The translations under genes and the position numbers were made by a program. This document shows positions 51,601 to 64,000 of a stretch of DNA of 64,000 nucleotides, in pieces. Below the pieces are notes generated by a model. The model had not been told where the DNA came from. It saw nothing but the letters and a program-made list of their open reading frames with translations, and ran no database searches. How positions within the stretch are numbered: position 1 is the first letter of the stretch; every line of letters begins with the position of its first letter. Origin of the DNA: Rebecca billardiae RCC1528 (taxonomy: Eukaryota; Protista; Haptophyta); NCBI GenBank assembly GCA_965240325.2, contig OZ251246.1, forward strand, positions 372,001 to 436,000, in the 5' to 3' direction.

Positions 51601-53979
51601 TCAAAGCCGGATCAGCCGTGTGTTCATCGTGCGGCGCTCATGGTTTGCGTACATGCCGGTGTCCGACTCGGCGTAGGTGTCTCCGCCAGAGCCAATGTCG
51701 CCGACTGCGATCGCCTCGTTGATCGCGACGACCCACGCCTTCGCGGCCGAGCCGAACTCGCAGACGAAGATCATGTCGGGCTTGGGCTTCTCGGTCCTCT
51801 GCTTGGGCGCCGCCGCCGTCGCCGCGCCACTGCCGCCGGCCGCCATGTCGTGCGGCGGCTTGAACTTGACGACCACGGTGCGATCGGCGCGCGTCTCGGC
51901 GGCGAGGACGGGACCGACCGGGTCGCCGTCGACGCTGGGAACGAAGAGGCCCACGCCGTACGACTTGGCCGAGTCGTTCGACACCCTGCGCGGCCCGACG
52001 CCCGCGCCCAGCGCCGCGCGGTCGGCGCCCTCGTCCTCATCTGGTGGGTCGGAGAGCAGGTGAGCACTCAGGAGCCGGCTCGCAGGGTAGCGCTTGCGTA
52101 GCGGGCGGCGGGTGGGGTTGAGGCCGGGCAGGCGCTGGATCATGAGCCCCTCGCCCGTCGTCACGCGGAGCTTCACGCGGACGTACTTGGGCGGAAGCAC
52201 CCCGCCCATGCGCGGGACCACCTGCCGCAGACCGAGCTGGCGCAGCCTGCGGGCGCGCGGCGCGCGATTCGCCGCGAGAGGCGGCAGCGGCGCGCGCACA
52301 CACGCGCCATGGGGGCAGGGGCGGGTGAGCGGACGCGGCGCGCGTGCGATCGCGCGCGCGCGCTCGCGCTCCCGCCCTCGCGCGGAGGCGCGTGCGAGGG
52401 CGCGCACCAGGTTTCGTCGCGGAGGAGGTCGGCCTTGTCCGTCCCCGAGGCTGAGGGCTCGAAGGAAGAGACCGCGCGCGCGCCTTCTCCCTGCGCAACC
52501 GAGCGCTCGACCGGCGCGGCGCGCGCGAGCGCGCGCTTCTCCTCCAGCTTGTCGAGAGCGTCGTGCAGCGCCCCGCGCCGGAGGTCCACGCCCGAGACCC
52601 AATCAGACATGGCCCCCGCCAGTGGCTGCGGGCGGCGCGGCGGCGCGTGAACGGAGGGTGATGCACACGGCGCGCGGCGCGGCGCGTGCGCGCGCGGCGG
52701 GCACCGCGCGAGGGGCGTTGGTAGTCAGCATGATGGCATACGCGTCCGGCTGCGCACGGCGCGCGCCGCGCGGGCTCGGAGCCGCGGCTGTCCCCGCGCG
52801 CGCACGCCATGCCGGCGCCCGCCGCGCCGAGCGCCCCATCCAACGCGGCGCGCGCACGCGCGTCGCGAGCACGGCTGCAATTACTCCGCAGGGGCGGTCG
52901 AGGTGGCGGCCCTGAGCCCGCGCCGCACGGCGCACCGCCGCGCCGCACGGTGCATCCCGCGGCGCACCCCACGGCGCACTGCCGCACCGCGCGGCGCTAC
53001 CCGCGGCGGCGCACCCCACGGCGCACCGCCGCGCCGCGCGGCGCTCCCCGCCGCGGCGGCGCACCTCCACAGCTCGCAGATTCTGCGGCAGCAGCAGCTC
53101 CAGTGGCAAGTCGTGACGGAGTGCGGTGGAGAGGTCCCGGACTATGTGGCGCATCACCGCCTCGACCTCGGCGGCGACGCCGCCGGTGTGGTCCTCCTCC
53201 GCCTCGCCGGCCTCATCGGCACCGTCGCGCACCGCGCCCAGCTGCTTCTGCGTGCCCGGCCGCGCCTCGTTCCTCCGCAGAGGGCCGCGGGGAGTCTTGC
53301 GCGAGAACACGAAAGCAAACTCGCCGCGGCCGCGGTGGAAGACGCGCGTGCGGATGCCCTTGACCGTGAGCGCGCGCACGCGGGACTCGACGCCGGGGAT
53401 GCTCAGCACGCGCAGGCTCGACGCCAGCGGCGCCGCCTCCGTGTAGTAGGGCATGTTGGGCGCAGTCTCCCGCAACACCGCACCGGTCAGCATCACCGCC
53501 GCGAGCTGCCAGCAGCGCTCGCCGATGGCGGAGAGGATGTGCAGGTCGCAGACGGAGACCGCGACCTGCACGTCCTTGCCGCGAATCTGCAGCTGCTCCA
53601 GGTGCATCATCAGCGCCGACTCGTTGTCCAGCAGCGTGTCCACATCGAGCCACAGCGCGGCCGAGTGGTCGGCCGGCGTGCGCACGGCGAGGCTCCACTC
53701 GACGCGCGTGTGGTCGATGGTGTCCTCGACGCGCTCGAGCCGGCGCAAGAGGTTATCGGGCGTGCCGTCGTTCAGCTTGATCTGCCGCTCCGCCGCCATC
53801 TTGCGCCAGCGGTCGCCCAGCATCTTCAGCTCCGCCATCTGCCGTACGAGCGTGATGTCCGTCGTGACGTATGCCTCAGTCTCGGAGAGCTGCACGGCCG
53901 CGGAGCGCTGCATGTCGCGCGGGTCGACATGGCCGCGACGGAAGACCGAGTTGTAGCACCGCGTCACCGCGGCGAACAT
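51601..53979 (-). CDS. Multi-exon hypothetical protein with C-terminal PH-like domain
   Basis: Coding blocks 53979-53065, ~52750-52706, ~52626-52408 and ~52247-51601, separated by GC-rich introns; PH-like end MIFVCEFGSAAKAWVVAINEAI. The 5' end may extend upstream. Confidence 0.55.
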
Positions 53980-55040
53980 CTGCCCTCACGTGCACGCGCT
54001 GGCGGGCTCGCCTGCCGGCACCAGGATTCGATGGCGCACACGGGCTGTGCGCGCAAGCAGCGCTCAACGCGCCTGCCGCCTGGTGATGAACCAATTATTG
54101 AGAGTGAACGATGATGACGGTTTTTGGCGTGCGCTCATTTTTGCCCGTGCATGTCCGGACGCACGGCACCGGACGCACGGGTGCCGATTGAGGGTTGGGC
54201 AGCTTCTCCAGCAGCGGAGCAGCCGGCGCAGCCAGCGCACGGCTGTACTCATGAGCGAGTTGTCGTGATCAAGAGTGGCAACTTCCATGACACTGGTGAG
54301 CAAGCACGGCAACATGGCCACGAGCTCGGTTGAGGCGAATGGTATGCCGAGGCCTGCAGGACCGCTCACGCTGCCGCGAGCCGTCGTGCCGTGCGAGCAG
54401 GACCTCCTAAGACGCCATGTGTCTTCTCAACTGGACTGTGAGTGATGAGCCGTGTGACGGTGCAAGCGCTCACGCGCAGCCGATCGTGCGCTCCACGCAA
54501 GTGTGCCCGGCTTATCGCTCCGTCGTTGGCGCTCGACCGCACGGCGCGTGGCAAACAAATTCTGGTTGTGGTGCCGGGCGGCGCAATTACAAGTGTCATC
54601 AGGTCCGTATCATGCTGTAGTAAAAACCGTCCTTCGCGTTGGCAGCACGCGGCGTTGATGTTGAGTAGCATCGTAACTCACAAGTCACAGTCGGACATAT
54701 ACCGAAGACGGTGTGCGTCAGCAAAGCGCCTCGGCTGTTGATGGTGGGCAGTGCCGTGCCGTCATCACAACACATGGTCCGAGTCGTCTGTACAAAATGG
54801 GCAACACGACGACTCCGTCTTCAACGATTCATCATGAGAAGGATGTGTACTCTGACAGCTGCCAAGCTGGCATGAGTCAAAACTGATGCATGGCGGTGCT
54901 GCGCTGGCATCTTCCGGCGGGGCAGTCAGCCGGCGTCGACACCGGCCGCCGATCACACGAACAGCGCATACGCATGCACGCCATGGACGTGCACGGAGCA
55001 CGCGAGAGGCTACGGCCGCGCACGGCCGTGCATGCTGCTG

Positions 55041-55643
55041 TCAGTCACTGGAGGACGCGCCGATCTGCAGCCACGAGACGAGTGCATGCAGGCTCTGAGG
55101 CACGATGTGCGGTGCGTGCGTGCGATGCAGCATGCTCGCGTCCATGCTGATCGCGTCTGCCAGCGGCACGGCTTGCATGAACAGGCCGCAGTCCACCTCG
55201 GGTACGCGCGTGTGCTCGTGAAGCATGCGCTTGAGCTCGCGCTCCGCGCGCGCCTCAAGCTGAGCGATGGCGACAGGCGCCACAGCAGCCTGCTGCTGCA
55301 TGCGCGTCACGTCCAGCATGGCGTCGACGACCTGCTCAACGCCGTGGGCCGGAAGGACGAGGACGTTCGATGCCTCCGCGGGTATCGTCAGCTGCACCGT
55401 GCTCAGGTGCTCGAGCGGGCAGATCACGACGGGCAGGCGGAACGTGCGCGCGAACTTGGACACGTCGAGGTGCGGCTGATCGGTGTCGCAAACGATCACG
55501 CCGATGCCGTGCTGGAAGATGACGTCTGCGGAGAGGCTGGGCGTGCCGACGAAGCGCGTGCCATGCGGCATGGCACGCTCGAGCGTCGCGTGCAGATCTG
55601 AGTGGAGGAGCGCCTCCCGGATGACGATCGGTTTGATCGTCAT
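55041..55643 (-). CDS. ERCC1/XPF-fold protein resembling SPO16 (SCRE/C1orf146) or FAAP24
   Basis: PIVIREAL..LE...H..R......VIF..GIG....DT ... SKF ... NVLVLPAH..Q.VDAM parallels my recollection of vertebrate SPO16; helical C-terminus may be HhH-like. Confidence 0.5.
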   Translation of the reverse strand: MTIKPIVIREALLHSDLHATLERAMPHGTRFVGTPSLSADVIFQHGIGVIVCDTDQPHLDVSKFARTFRLPVVICPLEHLSTVQLTIPAEASNVLVLPAHGVEQVVDAMLDVTRMQQQAAVAPVAIAQLEARAERELKRMLHEHTRVPEVDCGLFMQAVPLADAISMDASMLHRTHAPHIVPQSLHALVSWLQIGASSSD

Positions 55644-56538
55644 CGTGGCCGGCAACGTCCAGCAACCGGCTCCCCGCGAGCGGACCACGCACGCGTGCGG
55701 CACGCCGCGCGCACGCGTGGCGCCGGCCATTTTTATTTTTTCGTCGTCAGTACGTAATGCGTCGTTGGCTTAATTAGGCTGCTCACGACACCGTCACCGT
55801 GAGCCCGCCTCGAAGTACGCCGCCGAGAGAGATGCGGCCGCACATGGTGGCGGTGTGCCACCATGTGCGGCAGCTCGTGCAATAATGTGCCACGGGCCCG
55901 CTTCCTTGAGCCCCACGTGGTGCCACGACTGAGCGTCAGCGTCGATGCGCGGTCGCGCTGCCCACGGCACTGGTCGGCCGCCTGCGCCAGCCAGTCTGAG
56001 CCAGAGACGCCCAGACGGCACGGAGACCGGAGTCAGCACCGAGTGCCGCGCGGACCATCACGACAGCCAGGTGCCGATCCGAGCGTTGCGCTGCCCGGAC
56101 GCGCGCTGTGCACAGGCACGCGGCGGCGTGCGCGCGGCGTGCACACCGTGGCAGCCGCGCGTTCGCGTGCCCGCACTGATGCGAAGCCCGGAGCGCTCTG
56201 GCGGACCGCGGTCCGCGACAGCCGCGGCGCGCGTGCGCGCCGTGCTCCTGCCAGCTCGGAGTCAGTCGTCGAGCACGCAGGCCGCGCGCGCCGCCAGCGC
56301 GCGCGGTGCCGCCAGCGAAGTATGCCAATCGTACGGCTGGCCGCAGTGGCCGTGGCGCGAGCGCGAACGTCCGCGGGCGCACGGGGCTGGGCCCGAGCCA
56401 GGCCGTCGTGACAGTTGGGCGCGCGTCTGCCAATTGCGCCGCCGGGCGCAAGCGCCGGCGCGGCGGCAGCGAGCGCCAGCGAGCGAGCGCGCCGGCGCGG
56501 CTGCGTGGCGGTGGCGGTGGCGCGTGCGTCGTGGGGCC

Positions 56539-57557
56539 TCAGCACCCCGTCGGCGCCGGCCCGTTGCTCATGCTGCCCCCCGGGTATAAATCCTGCGGCG
56601 TGAGGCTGATCGTCCCATACATATCCTTCTCGAGAGTGATTAGGAATTGCATAAAGCCGCTATTCGGCTGCACGAACCGGCACGAGTCGACGTGGTGCAG
56701 CGAGCGCTTGAGGGTCCACTTTTTGGTGACCATCAAGTAGCCAATCACAATGGTCGCGGAGCGCGACATCCCCGCTCGACAGTGCACGAGCACGCGACCG
56801 CCCGTTTCCCTGCGCGGCGCGGCGCGGCGGCAGCGGCGGCGGCGGCGGTGGCGGTTCCGAGGGCGGCGGCTGCGGTGAGCGCGGGCGCGCGGCTCGAGTG
56901 CTGCACGGCCAGGCGCGGGCGTGGCGCGGGCGGCGCGGGCGCGGTGTGCCGTACGCGCGCGCACCTAGCGCGTGTGATGAACTCGCAGGCCCCCGCGAAG
57001 TGCTCGCCGATATTCGCGTCTATACGGTCTTTGACCGCACAGCGCTTGTAGGTGAGCCTCCGCGGCATATCGCCAACGTCCTTGTTCTCATAGAAGTTGG
57101 GGATGTCCTGCGTCACGTTGAGCACGTGTGTGACGCCGAGGCTGTTGAGCCGGTCTGACTCGCCCGCGGTCATGCGGTCGCCGAGATAGAGGAAGCCGGG
57201 CAGGATCTCGCCCTGCACAGGCGGCGCGCACGCAAAGCGCGCAGCGCGTCACGAGCGCGAGCGCGGCGCGCGCGCGGCCGCGCGGCGTCGGCGCCGCGCG
57301 CGGGCGGGAGGGAGGCGAGCGCGTGCCTTCCACGAGTCCTCCATCACGTGTGGACCTCGCGGGCTCGAGCCCAGCTCGAGCGAGAGGCCGCCAATCCGCG
57401 GGCTGCGTGACGAGGAGCACTCGACTGTCAGCGCATGGCTCTCCTTCTCCTCCGTCAAGCCGTCGAGGTTCAGGCTCATCAGCGCCGGGGTGGGGCGTTT
57501 TATCGACGGCTTGGCCGGGATCCCGGGCGGCTTGACCGCCGGCTGCGTGTCCGTCAT
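56539..57557 (-). CDS. Dual-specificity protein phosphatase (MKP/DUSP-like); exons 57557-57327, 57212-56965, 56809-56539
   Basis: EILPGFLYLG, VTHVLNVT, catalytic VHCRAGMSRS, QPNSGF. First intron GC-AG, second GT-AG; last exon boundary uncertain. Confidence 0.85.
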
Positions 57558-57961
57558 CGCGCCTGCGTGCCGAGCGCGGGCGTGGGCGGCGGGCACTCCC
57601 CAAGGAGGGCCTTGGCCCCACTATGACTCCGAGCGACTGTCCGGGCGCGGGGGCGCGCTTGCGCTGCATCCGCGATAGATAGATACGTCCGGACCGAGCC
57701 GGACCAGTAAAAACGTCGGTAAATGCCCAACGCTTACTTATGAGAATGGAGTGAGATGTGATGGGCGAGACAAGGCGAGATGTTCGCTGTTTTCATATAA
57801 TCATGCACACCGCAACCAGTGGCTTCCGCCCGCCCGATGAGTATGATGGGACGAATGACGGATGCTACCCGCCATGGATAGTAAAGAGATACGAGTGGGC
57901 AATCTGCCAATCTGCGATGAAACCGATGATGAACAGGCCTCGTCAGCAGATTTCAAAAACG

Positions 57962-60900
57962 ATGGCGACCCCGTGCGCGCCGGCCATCTCGGCCTCGCCG
58001 CTGCTCCGCCAGGTCGAAGCCCAGCGCGAGGTGGCCGACGCCTCGCGTGAGGGCCAACGCTCGCAGGCCGAGCTCCGCACCGCCGCCTGGCGCGAGGAGC
58101 TGCGGCGCTCGCGCGCCCTGGCAGGAGTGCCTGTCGGCGCGCGCTTGCCCGCGGGCTCGCCAGATACGCCCGAAGTGCGCCGAGCCGAGGTGCGCACGCA
58201 GGCGCACGGCGCCGAGCCGCAACGCCCGTCGGTGCAAACGGCCCATATATAGCCCCCGTGGCTTCCCCTGCGCCCCGTGCCCGTCGGCGCACTTCGTGCC
58301 GCGCGCGCAGGCCATGCTCGCGGGCTTCGCGCAGCCGCATGCCCGGGCTCACAATTCGCCGCCATCGACACCGACCGGCGCGGAGACGTCCTCGTCCTCG
58401 TCTCTCGGCACATCGACGGATTCGTCACGCCCGTTCGCGCCGTCCTCAGCGACGCCGTCAGACCCCGTGGCGAGCGCGGGAGGCGCAGAGACGTCGAATG
58501 AGCGCGGCGCGGGCACGGCGGCGAGCGCGGCCGTGCCCCGCAGGCTGGACGACGTGGGGCTCAGCTCGCCGGGTGCGCGGCACGCGATGGCGGCCATCAT
58601 CGATCTGCAGCGGCAGATGCTCCAGTTCCACGAGGAGCGCCTGCGCGAGCGCTCCCTCGCGGCGGCCGGCCCCCAGCCGCCGGCTGCTGAGGCGGCGCGC
58701 GCGCCGCTCGGCTCGATCTCGCTCAATCTCGCCGACCGTTACGCCGGCCGTTACGAGGTGGAGGGCGCGCAGGGTGGCGCGGGCTCCGCAGGCGGCCAGG
58801 TGGTCGTCACCAAGGGCGCCTGCGCGCGCGGCGGCGCAGGCGAGAACGACGCACGCGCCGGCCTCGCGGCGCAGGAGGCGCGCGCACGCAGCAGCCAGGC
58901 GCAGCCGGCCGGCGTGAGCGCAAGCGGCGTGCCAGCAGCTGAGGCCACCGCGCTGGTCGGTGTGGCCGACCGGCCACCGCAGCGCCCGCCGCACCATGAG
59001 AGGGTGGCCAGGCACATGCAGCGGCACGCGGCCTCCGTGTGGCTGCACCAGAGCGGCCTGCTGCCGAACGCGTGCGCGCAGCAGCCGCACGAGCGGCCGG
59101 CGCCGCGCGCCGACGTCTGCACCCTGGGTCGGCCGGAGCCGACTGCGGCGACTGGCGTCGATTCCCCTCCCGCTCGGGCGCCCGTCGCCTCGCCTCCGGA
59201 CCGAGGGGTCGGCGGGACGCCGGCCCTCGCGATGGCGCGCGGCGACGAGGCGCGGGCCTCCGCCGCGCGCGAGGCGCTGCTACAGCGCACGCCCCACGCC
59301 AGCCGGCTGGGCGCGATGCCGCCGTCGGAGCTGGCGGCCCTCGCGCTCGAGCTTCGAGAGGCGCTCGCGCACGCGCACTCGAGCCTGCGCGCGCTCGCGC
59401 AGAGCGTGGCCGAGAGGGGGTCGAGGGGCGGGCCGCCGGTTGCGGCGGCGGCGCACGCGGCACGCGTGCGCGGGGACGCGCGGCACGGCGCACCTGAGCC
59501 CGAGCACGGCCCCACAGCCACGGCCGACGGCGGCGCACCGGACTCGCCGCCACCGCTGGCGCGCGGCAGTGCCGCAGCAGTGAGCGGTGGCGGCGCACCG
59601 GACTCGCCGCCACCGCTGGCGCGCGGCAGCGGTGGCGGCGGTGGTGGCGGCGGCGCCGATGCTGCCGCGACGCATCGGGACGGGCAGGAGGCCGTCGCCG
59701 CCGGCGCGGAGTCCGGCAGCCCCACGCTCGTGCGCAGCCGCGCGGCCGCCGTCGTCGCGAAGCGGTTGGTGGCCTCAGTGCAGGTGCGCTCGGCTCACCG
59801 CGCGGCGCACGCACTGCGTGCCGAGTGCTGCCGCGTCGTGGCGTGTGCTGCTCACCGCGCGGCACTCCAGATACATGTGTGTGTCGCACGCCTGCCCCAC
59901 GGCTTGCTCCGTCGCTCGCTCTCACGCGTGTCACCCACCGCCCTCGCGCCTTCGGCACACGCCTGCCCTGTGCGTGCGCTGTGCCCGCGCTGATCCCTCC
60001 TGCTCCCGCCGCTGTATCATGCGCATTCGACCTGCTACCCGCTGGCGGCCGCCGCCCTTTTCTCTCTTTTTCGAAACTGCCTTTCACGGCCTCCTCGGCA
60101 TGCACATTCACGCGCCGCCGACTGCGCCTGCGCGTGCCGGCGCGCGCCGCCGCGCGCTCGGCCAGGCGGAGAAGAAGGCTGCGGACGCGCGCGCCCGCGC
60201 GCGGATCGGCGCGCTCGAGTCCCAGCTCGCGGATGCGCGCTCGGCGCTCTCCGACGCCCAAGCTGCCGCGTCCAGCGCGCACGCGGCCGTGGCGGAGGAG
60301 CGGTGGGCGGGGCGCGCGAGCGCGCAGGTGCTTGCGCTTGAGATCGCATCGCTGGAGGGGCGCGAGGCGCAGGAGCTGCGGTGCAGGCTCGAGGCGCTGG
60401 AGGATTCGCTGACTGTGCTGCAAGCCTCGGCGCACCGCCGGCGCGCGGGCGCGCCGCCCGCTCCGTCCGCCGCTCACGGCGCTGCCTGGCTGAGCCAAGC
60501 TGAAACTCAGCCGCCGCTCAGTGCCGCGGCCGTGCCGCAGCCCGGGGCCGCCGATGGGCCCATCGGTCAGGGCGGCTGGTGCGAGCCCCAGCCGCACGCC
60601 GGTGTTGGCACGAAGCCCGCCTCGCGAGGCCCTGCCCCCTTCGAGGCCGCGCCCGCGCCGCTCAGCGCGCACTCGTCCGCCGGCGGCTGGCACGGCAGCG
60701 CCGCGAGCCACCACCGAGCTGCAGCGGAGCCGGCGGGTCTTACTGTTCCGGGCAATTTTCCATCCTTTCCCGCCGGCGAGAGGCATCATCTGGAGAGCCT
60801 TCACGACCGCCCCCGCGAGTCGTCGTCAAGCAGGGGCGGCTCTCGCGCGCGCGCACCCAGCAGCGGCAGCGGCGAGGCTCACGCTGGAGGCGGTGGTGCG

Positions 60901-61533
60901 CACCGCCCCTCGGCGCGGGCCGCGCGCGCGCACGCGCGGCCCGCGGCGCCGGCGCCGGCCGCGCAGCCGGGTGGGCTTGCCAGCGCGCACGCGCGCAGTC
61001 TCAGTGTCTCGCCTATGCCCACGGGCGGCCGCCTGCCGGCGCGCGCTTCGGCGATGGCCTTGCCCAGCGCAGAGCAGTTGCACACGGCGCGCGCCGCCGC
61101 CGGCGGCACCGGGGCGTCATGTGCGGCGGCGGCGGGCGCGCGCGGGCGCTCGGCCGCAAGCGCGCGCTCGCCATGGCGCGCGCGACGCGCGGGCGGTGGC
61201 GACGCGTGGCTGCACTCAGGAGCGGCGGCCCACGGCGGCGAGATTGACTCCGAGATCGCCGCGCACGCGCCGCGACCGAGCGCGTACCCGTTGCACGCCG
61301 CCGAGGCGCAGCAGCGCCGCGGAGCGCCGAGCAGCGCGTCCTCTGGTGGCGGCGGCAGTGGCGGCGGCAGCCCGTTCAGTGACGACGCGCAGGCGGCTCT
61401 GGCGCGCGTCGCGGCGCGCGAGCGAGACCTGTCTGCGGCGCTCTCGCAGTCGCACGCGCTCGTCAGCGACCTGCATGCGCGCCTGGCCGCGGCGGAGAGC
61501 GAGGTGTCGGGCGCAGCCTACAATTATTATTGA
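57962..61533 (+). CDS. Large low-complexity/coiled-coil hypothetical protein (probably 3 exons)
   Basis: Coding blocks ~57962-58189, 58311-59783 and ~60166-61533 bounded by GT..AG; coiled-coil heptads (IIDLQRQMLQFHEERL, IGALESQLADAR). Confidence 0.55.
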
Positions 61534-61748
61534 AGTCGCGCTGCCGCCAGTCTCAGCCATGCAGTGTCAGTAGTAGTAATAACGTAGTTGTCGTAGTCGT
61601 CGATGCGGCGATGCCTACGTAATCACTGAATCGAAACTATCACTGACGACGATCTGCTGATGATCAAGCTGACAGAGTCTCATACTACTACAGTACTGAG
61701 TTCACGCACGCTGATCGCATCGCTGTTCATGACGGGCTGACAGATGTA

Positions 61749-64000
61749 CAGGTCGCTGCTTCAACTTTCGGACCCGATTGCTGTTCACTTTTTGTGCACG
61801 ATGGCGGCGGCGCCCCCGGGGGTCTGCGGCGCTCGAGATCGCGTCTGGCGGCACCCCCAGGGTGTGCCTGAGGTACAACCCAGCGGGTATGTACCATTTA
61901 GACGACTTTGTTCCACTACCATGTGCCCCACGGACGCCACGAGGTCCACGACGGGGCCGCCGACGGCATGCTTCAACTTTCAGACCCGCGGGCTCTCAGC
62001 GCGCGCGCCGAGTCAGAGCCGCTGGCCTGTTTTATTTCTACCAGATTCCATTTACTATGTCACGGCGACAAACCCGTGCTCGCCAGTGGGAATCGGTGTC
62101 ACGCTCCGTTGGGTGTACCTCTCACGGCCGATGGCGGCCCCCACGTGCGCAAGGAATGCGATTCGTGCACTCCTCGGTGACCGGTGAGTGCACGAATCCA
62201 GTTGCGGCGCTCGTCCGCCTCGTCGTTGTCGCACACGAGGTACACCCAACACCATGGGTCGGATCCCAGAACTCTCCGCGCGCTCGCGCCTGCGCGGCAC
62301 TGGCAGGCTTGTTCTCATCATCTTGGCCAAGACTGCAGCCTGAAAGATGCGCGAGGACGCGTGTGCACGCCTTTCCGCGCGTCATGGGTGCGCGTGGCAC
62401 GCACCTTGTAATATTATACGCCGAGGAGGCCTGAGCATCCGGCCTACTAACCTTCCGCGATCACGTTCAAATGCAGGCAGCAAGCTGCAAGCAAGCGCAC
62501 GCCGAACGGAAGCATCTCAAGCTCGACAAGGTAGTGGCGGCGGAGCGTTTAGAGCTGGTGGCGATTGCAGTCCATCTGGCTGTGAACTGGTCGCTAACTG
62601 ACACGGGTGCGACGCAGCAGCCAAGGCAGAGTGCTTGCAGCTTGCAGAGGGCCTCCAGCTGCAGCGCCGGTTTGCCGCCGCTCGCCGCCGCTGCATCGTG
62701 CACACTGCCGTGCACCGCGAGTGACCCCTGTGTCAAGGCGAAGCACCACGGCAAGGCGAATCAGCATGTCTGACAACATCCTTCGCCACAGCGCAGCGCC
62801 TCAACACGAGAATGCGCGAATGACGTGCCATCACTTCTCCGGACTAGCTCCGGGGCCCGCACCAGCGGGCAAGCCGCCATTGTACCGCGTTTTGGCGAAT
62901 GTCGCCTTTGGGCTCTCGTAGAAATAAAACAGGCCCGCTGTCTGGTGAGCCGTGTGAGTCGGGCTAACGGCATCATGCACTCTAGATACCACATACATGC
63001 AGCAGACCACCTCAGGGATTCACTAGGCTTCCGCGCCACCGCCAGCCGGCGCTGCGGCTGCGCGGCCAGCACGGTCGACGACGACAGCTCATACTGACGC
63101 GGCGGTGCCCGGCGCGGCCGGCGCCGGCGCCGATTGCTTGCGAGCTTCCGAGCACTCGGCCTTCTTGCACAGCCACCCTCGGAGATCGATCTTCTGGCAC
63201 GTCGGGCAGCGTCTCGCCTTCGCCATCGGGCAGGGCGACACGCCGCACGAGCAGGTCTGGTGACAGCGGTCGAAGCTCGCCTCGAGCTCAGCAGCAGCTG
63301 CCTCCGCCTCCGCCTTCTTCCGCGCACGCTCGGATGCGGCCGCCGCCTTGCGCGCCGCCTCGGCCTCCTTCTGCGCGGTCTGCGCGGCCTTCTGCGTGTT
63401 GATCTCACGCAACGACCACGAGCCGTTTTGGCTGTCGAGCCGCGTGTTGTCCGGCTTCGGCGCGGCGAGCTCCACGGCGGGCACTGGAAGGACACCGAGC
63501 TGGTCTGCGAGCTCACCCGGGTCGAACCTCACCTCCTTGCGCACCGCGGCGAGCTCGGCGTCGTGCTCATCACGCTCGCGCACGAGCTTGGCGGCCTGGC
63601 GGCCGGAGTACTCCTTGGCGAGCTCGAGCTTGGCGCGGAGGGCTGGAGCAGTGTTCGAGCGCATCCCCGCAGGCGTGGCTGTGAACGCACTAAACGTAGG
63701 TGATGCGTGCGCGCCAGAGGGCTCGCCGTCGTCGGCCGAGCGCGCAGCCCCGCGCTCCGGAGTGCTTGGCGCCGCTGCCGGCGCCGCCGCCGCGAGCGAC
63801 GCGGCATCGGCCTCCTCCTCTTGCCGCCTGCGCTCCGCCTTCGCCTGTGCGGCATCGAGACGATCCACGAAGTCCTTCCTGTTGATCTGGTCCGGGTCCA
63901 ACACGTTGCCCGTGATGCCCACCTTGCGCCACGCGTTGATGATGTCAAAGGTGTCACACCACGAGAACCACGCACCCGGCGTGGACAGCTCCTCACAGCC
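61749..64000 (-). mobile_element. Tc1/mariner-pogo superfamily DNA transposon, 3' part (continues beyond the window)
   Basis: TA|CAGGTCGCTGCTTCAACTTTCGGAC terminus; minus-strand ORF with the pogo/DDE_1-type C-terminal motif IINAWRKVGI. Confidence 0.6.
63089..64000 (-). CDS. Pogo/Fot1-like transposase C-terminus with coiled coil and Cys-rich tail (partial)
   Basis: DIINAWRKVGITGNVLDP, Ala/Lys/Glu coil, CHQTCSCGVSPCP..CPTC..CKKAEC. Confidence 0.6.
   Translation of the reverse strand, partial: GCEELSTPGAWFSWCDTFDIINAWRKVGITGNVLDPDQINRKDFVDRLDAAQAKAERRRQEEEADAASLAAAAPAAAPSTPERGAARSADDGEPSGAHASPTFSAFTATPAGMRSNTAPALRAKLELAKEYSGRQAAKLVRERDEHDAELAAVRKEVRFDPGELADQLGVLPVPAVELAAPKPDNTRLDSQNGSWSLREINTQKAAQTAQKEAEAARKAAAASERARKKAEAEAAAAELEASFDRCHQTCSCGVSPCPMAKARRCPTCQKIDLRGWLCKKAECSEARKQSAPAPAAPGTAASV

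Noticed and set aside
62024-62936. 18-bp inverted repeat GGCCTGTTTTATTTCTAC as a nested MITE
   Set aside because: No TSD or extended homology could be established.

Overview
Very GC-rich eukaryotic nuclear DNA with short GC-rich spliceosomal introns (at least one GC-AG), compact divergent gene pairs and a predicted plastid-lumen protein. This is consistent with a haptophyte alga such as Pavlovophyceae (inference). The two ends carry ordinary host genes: two inverted GT47/exostosin paralogues, F-box/RCC1, a J-domain-like protein, an ARF GTPase, COQ10, an SDR, ARM-BTB, a PH protein, a SPO16-like protein and a dual-specificity phosphatase. The 9-46 kb middle is a nest of transposons. Two things stand out. 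(1) A recently inserted Ty1/Copia-type retroelement (35101-41456, 5-bp TSD GGGGC) has no direct LTRs. It has identical 371-bp terminal INVERTED repeats, each ending in a perfect spacerless 98-bp palindrome, plus an internal 29-bp copy of the terminus, no PPT and a truncated RNase H. (2) Two paralogous EsV-1-7-like C3H zinc-repeat genes are built from near-identical 114-bp/38-aa modules with hypervariable residues, followed by an NLS-like segment and an acidic tail, which is a TALE-like modular architecture. Also present: a Pack-type TIR element carrying host gene fragments inside a sulfotransferase gene, and gene-conversion-like homogenisation of the GT47 pair. All calls come from reading motifs by eye; no database searches were run.
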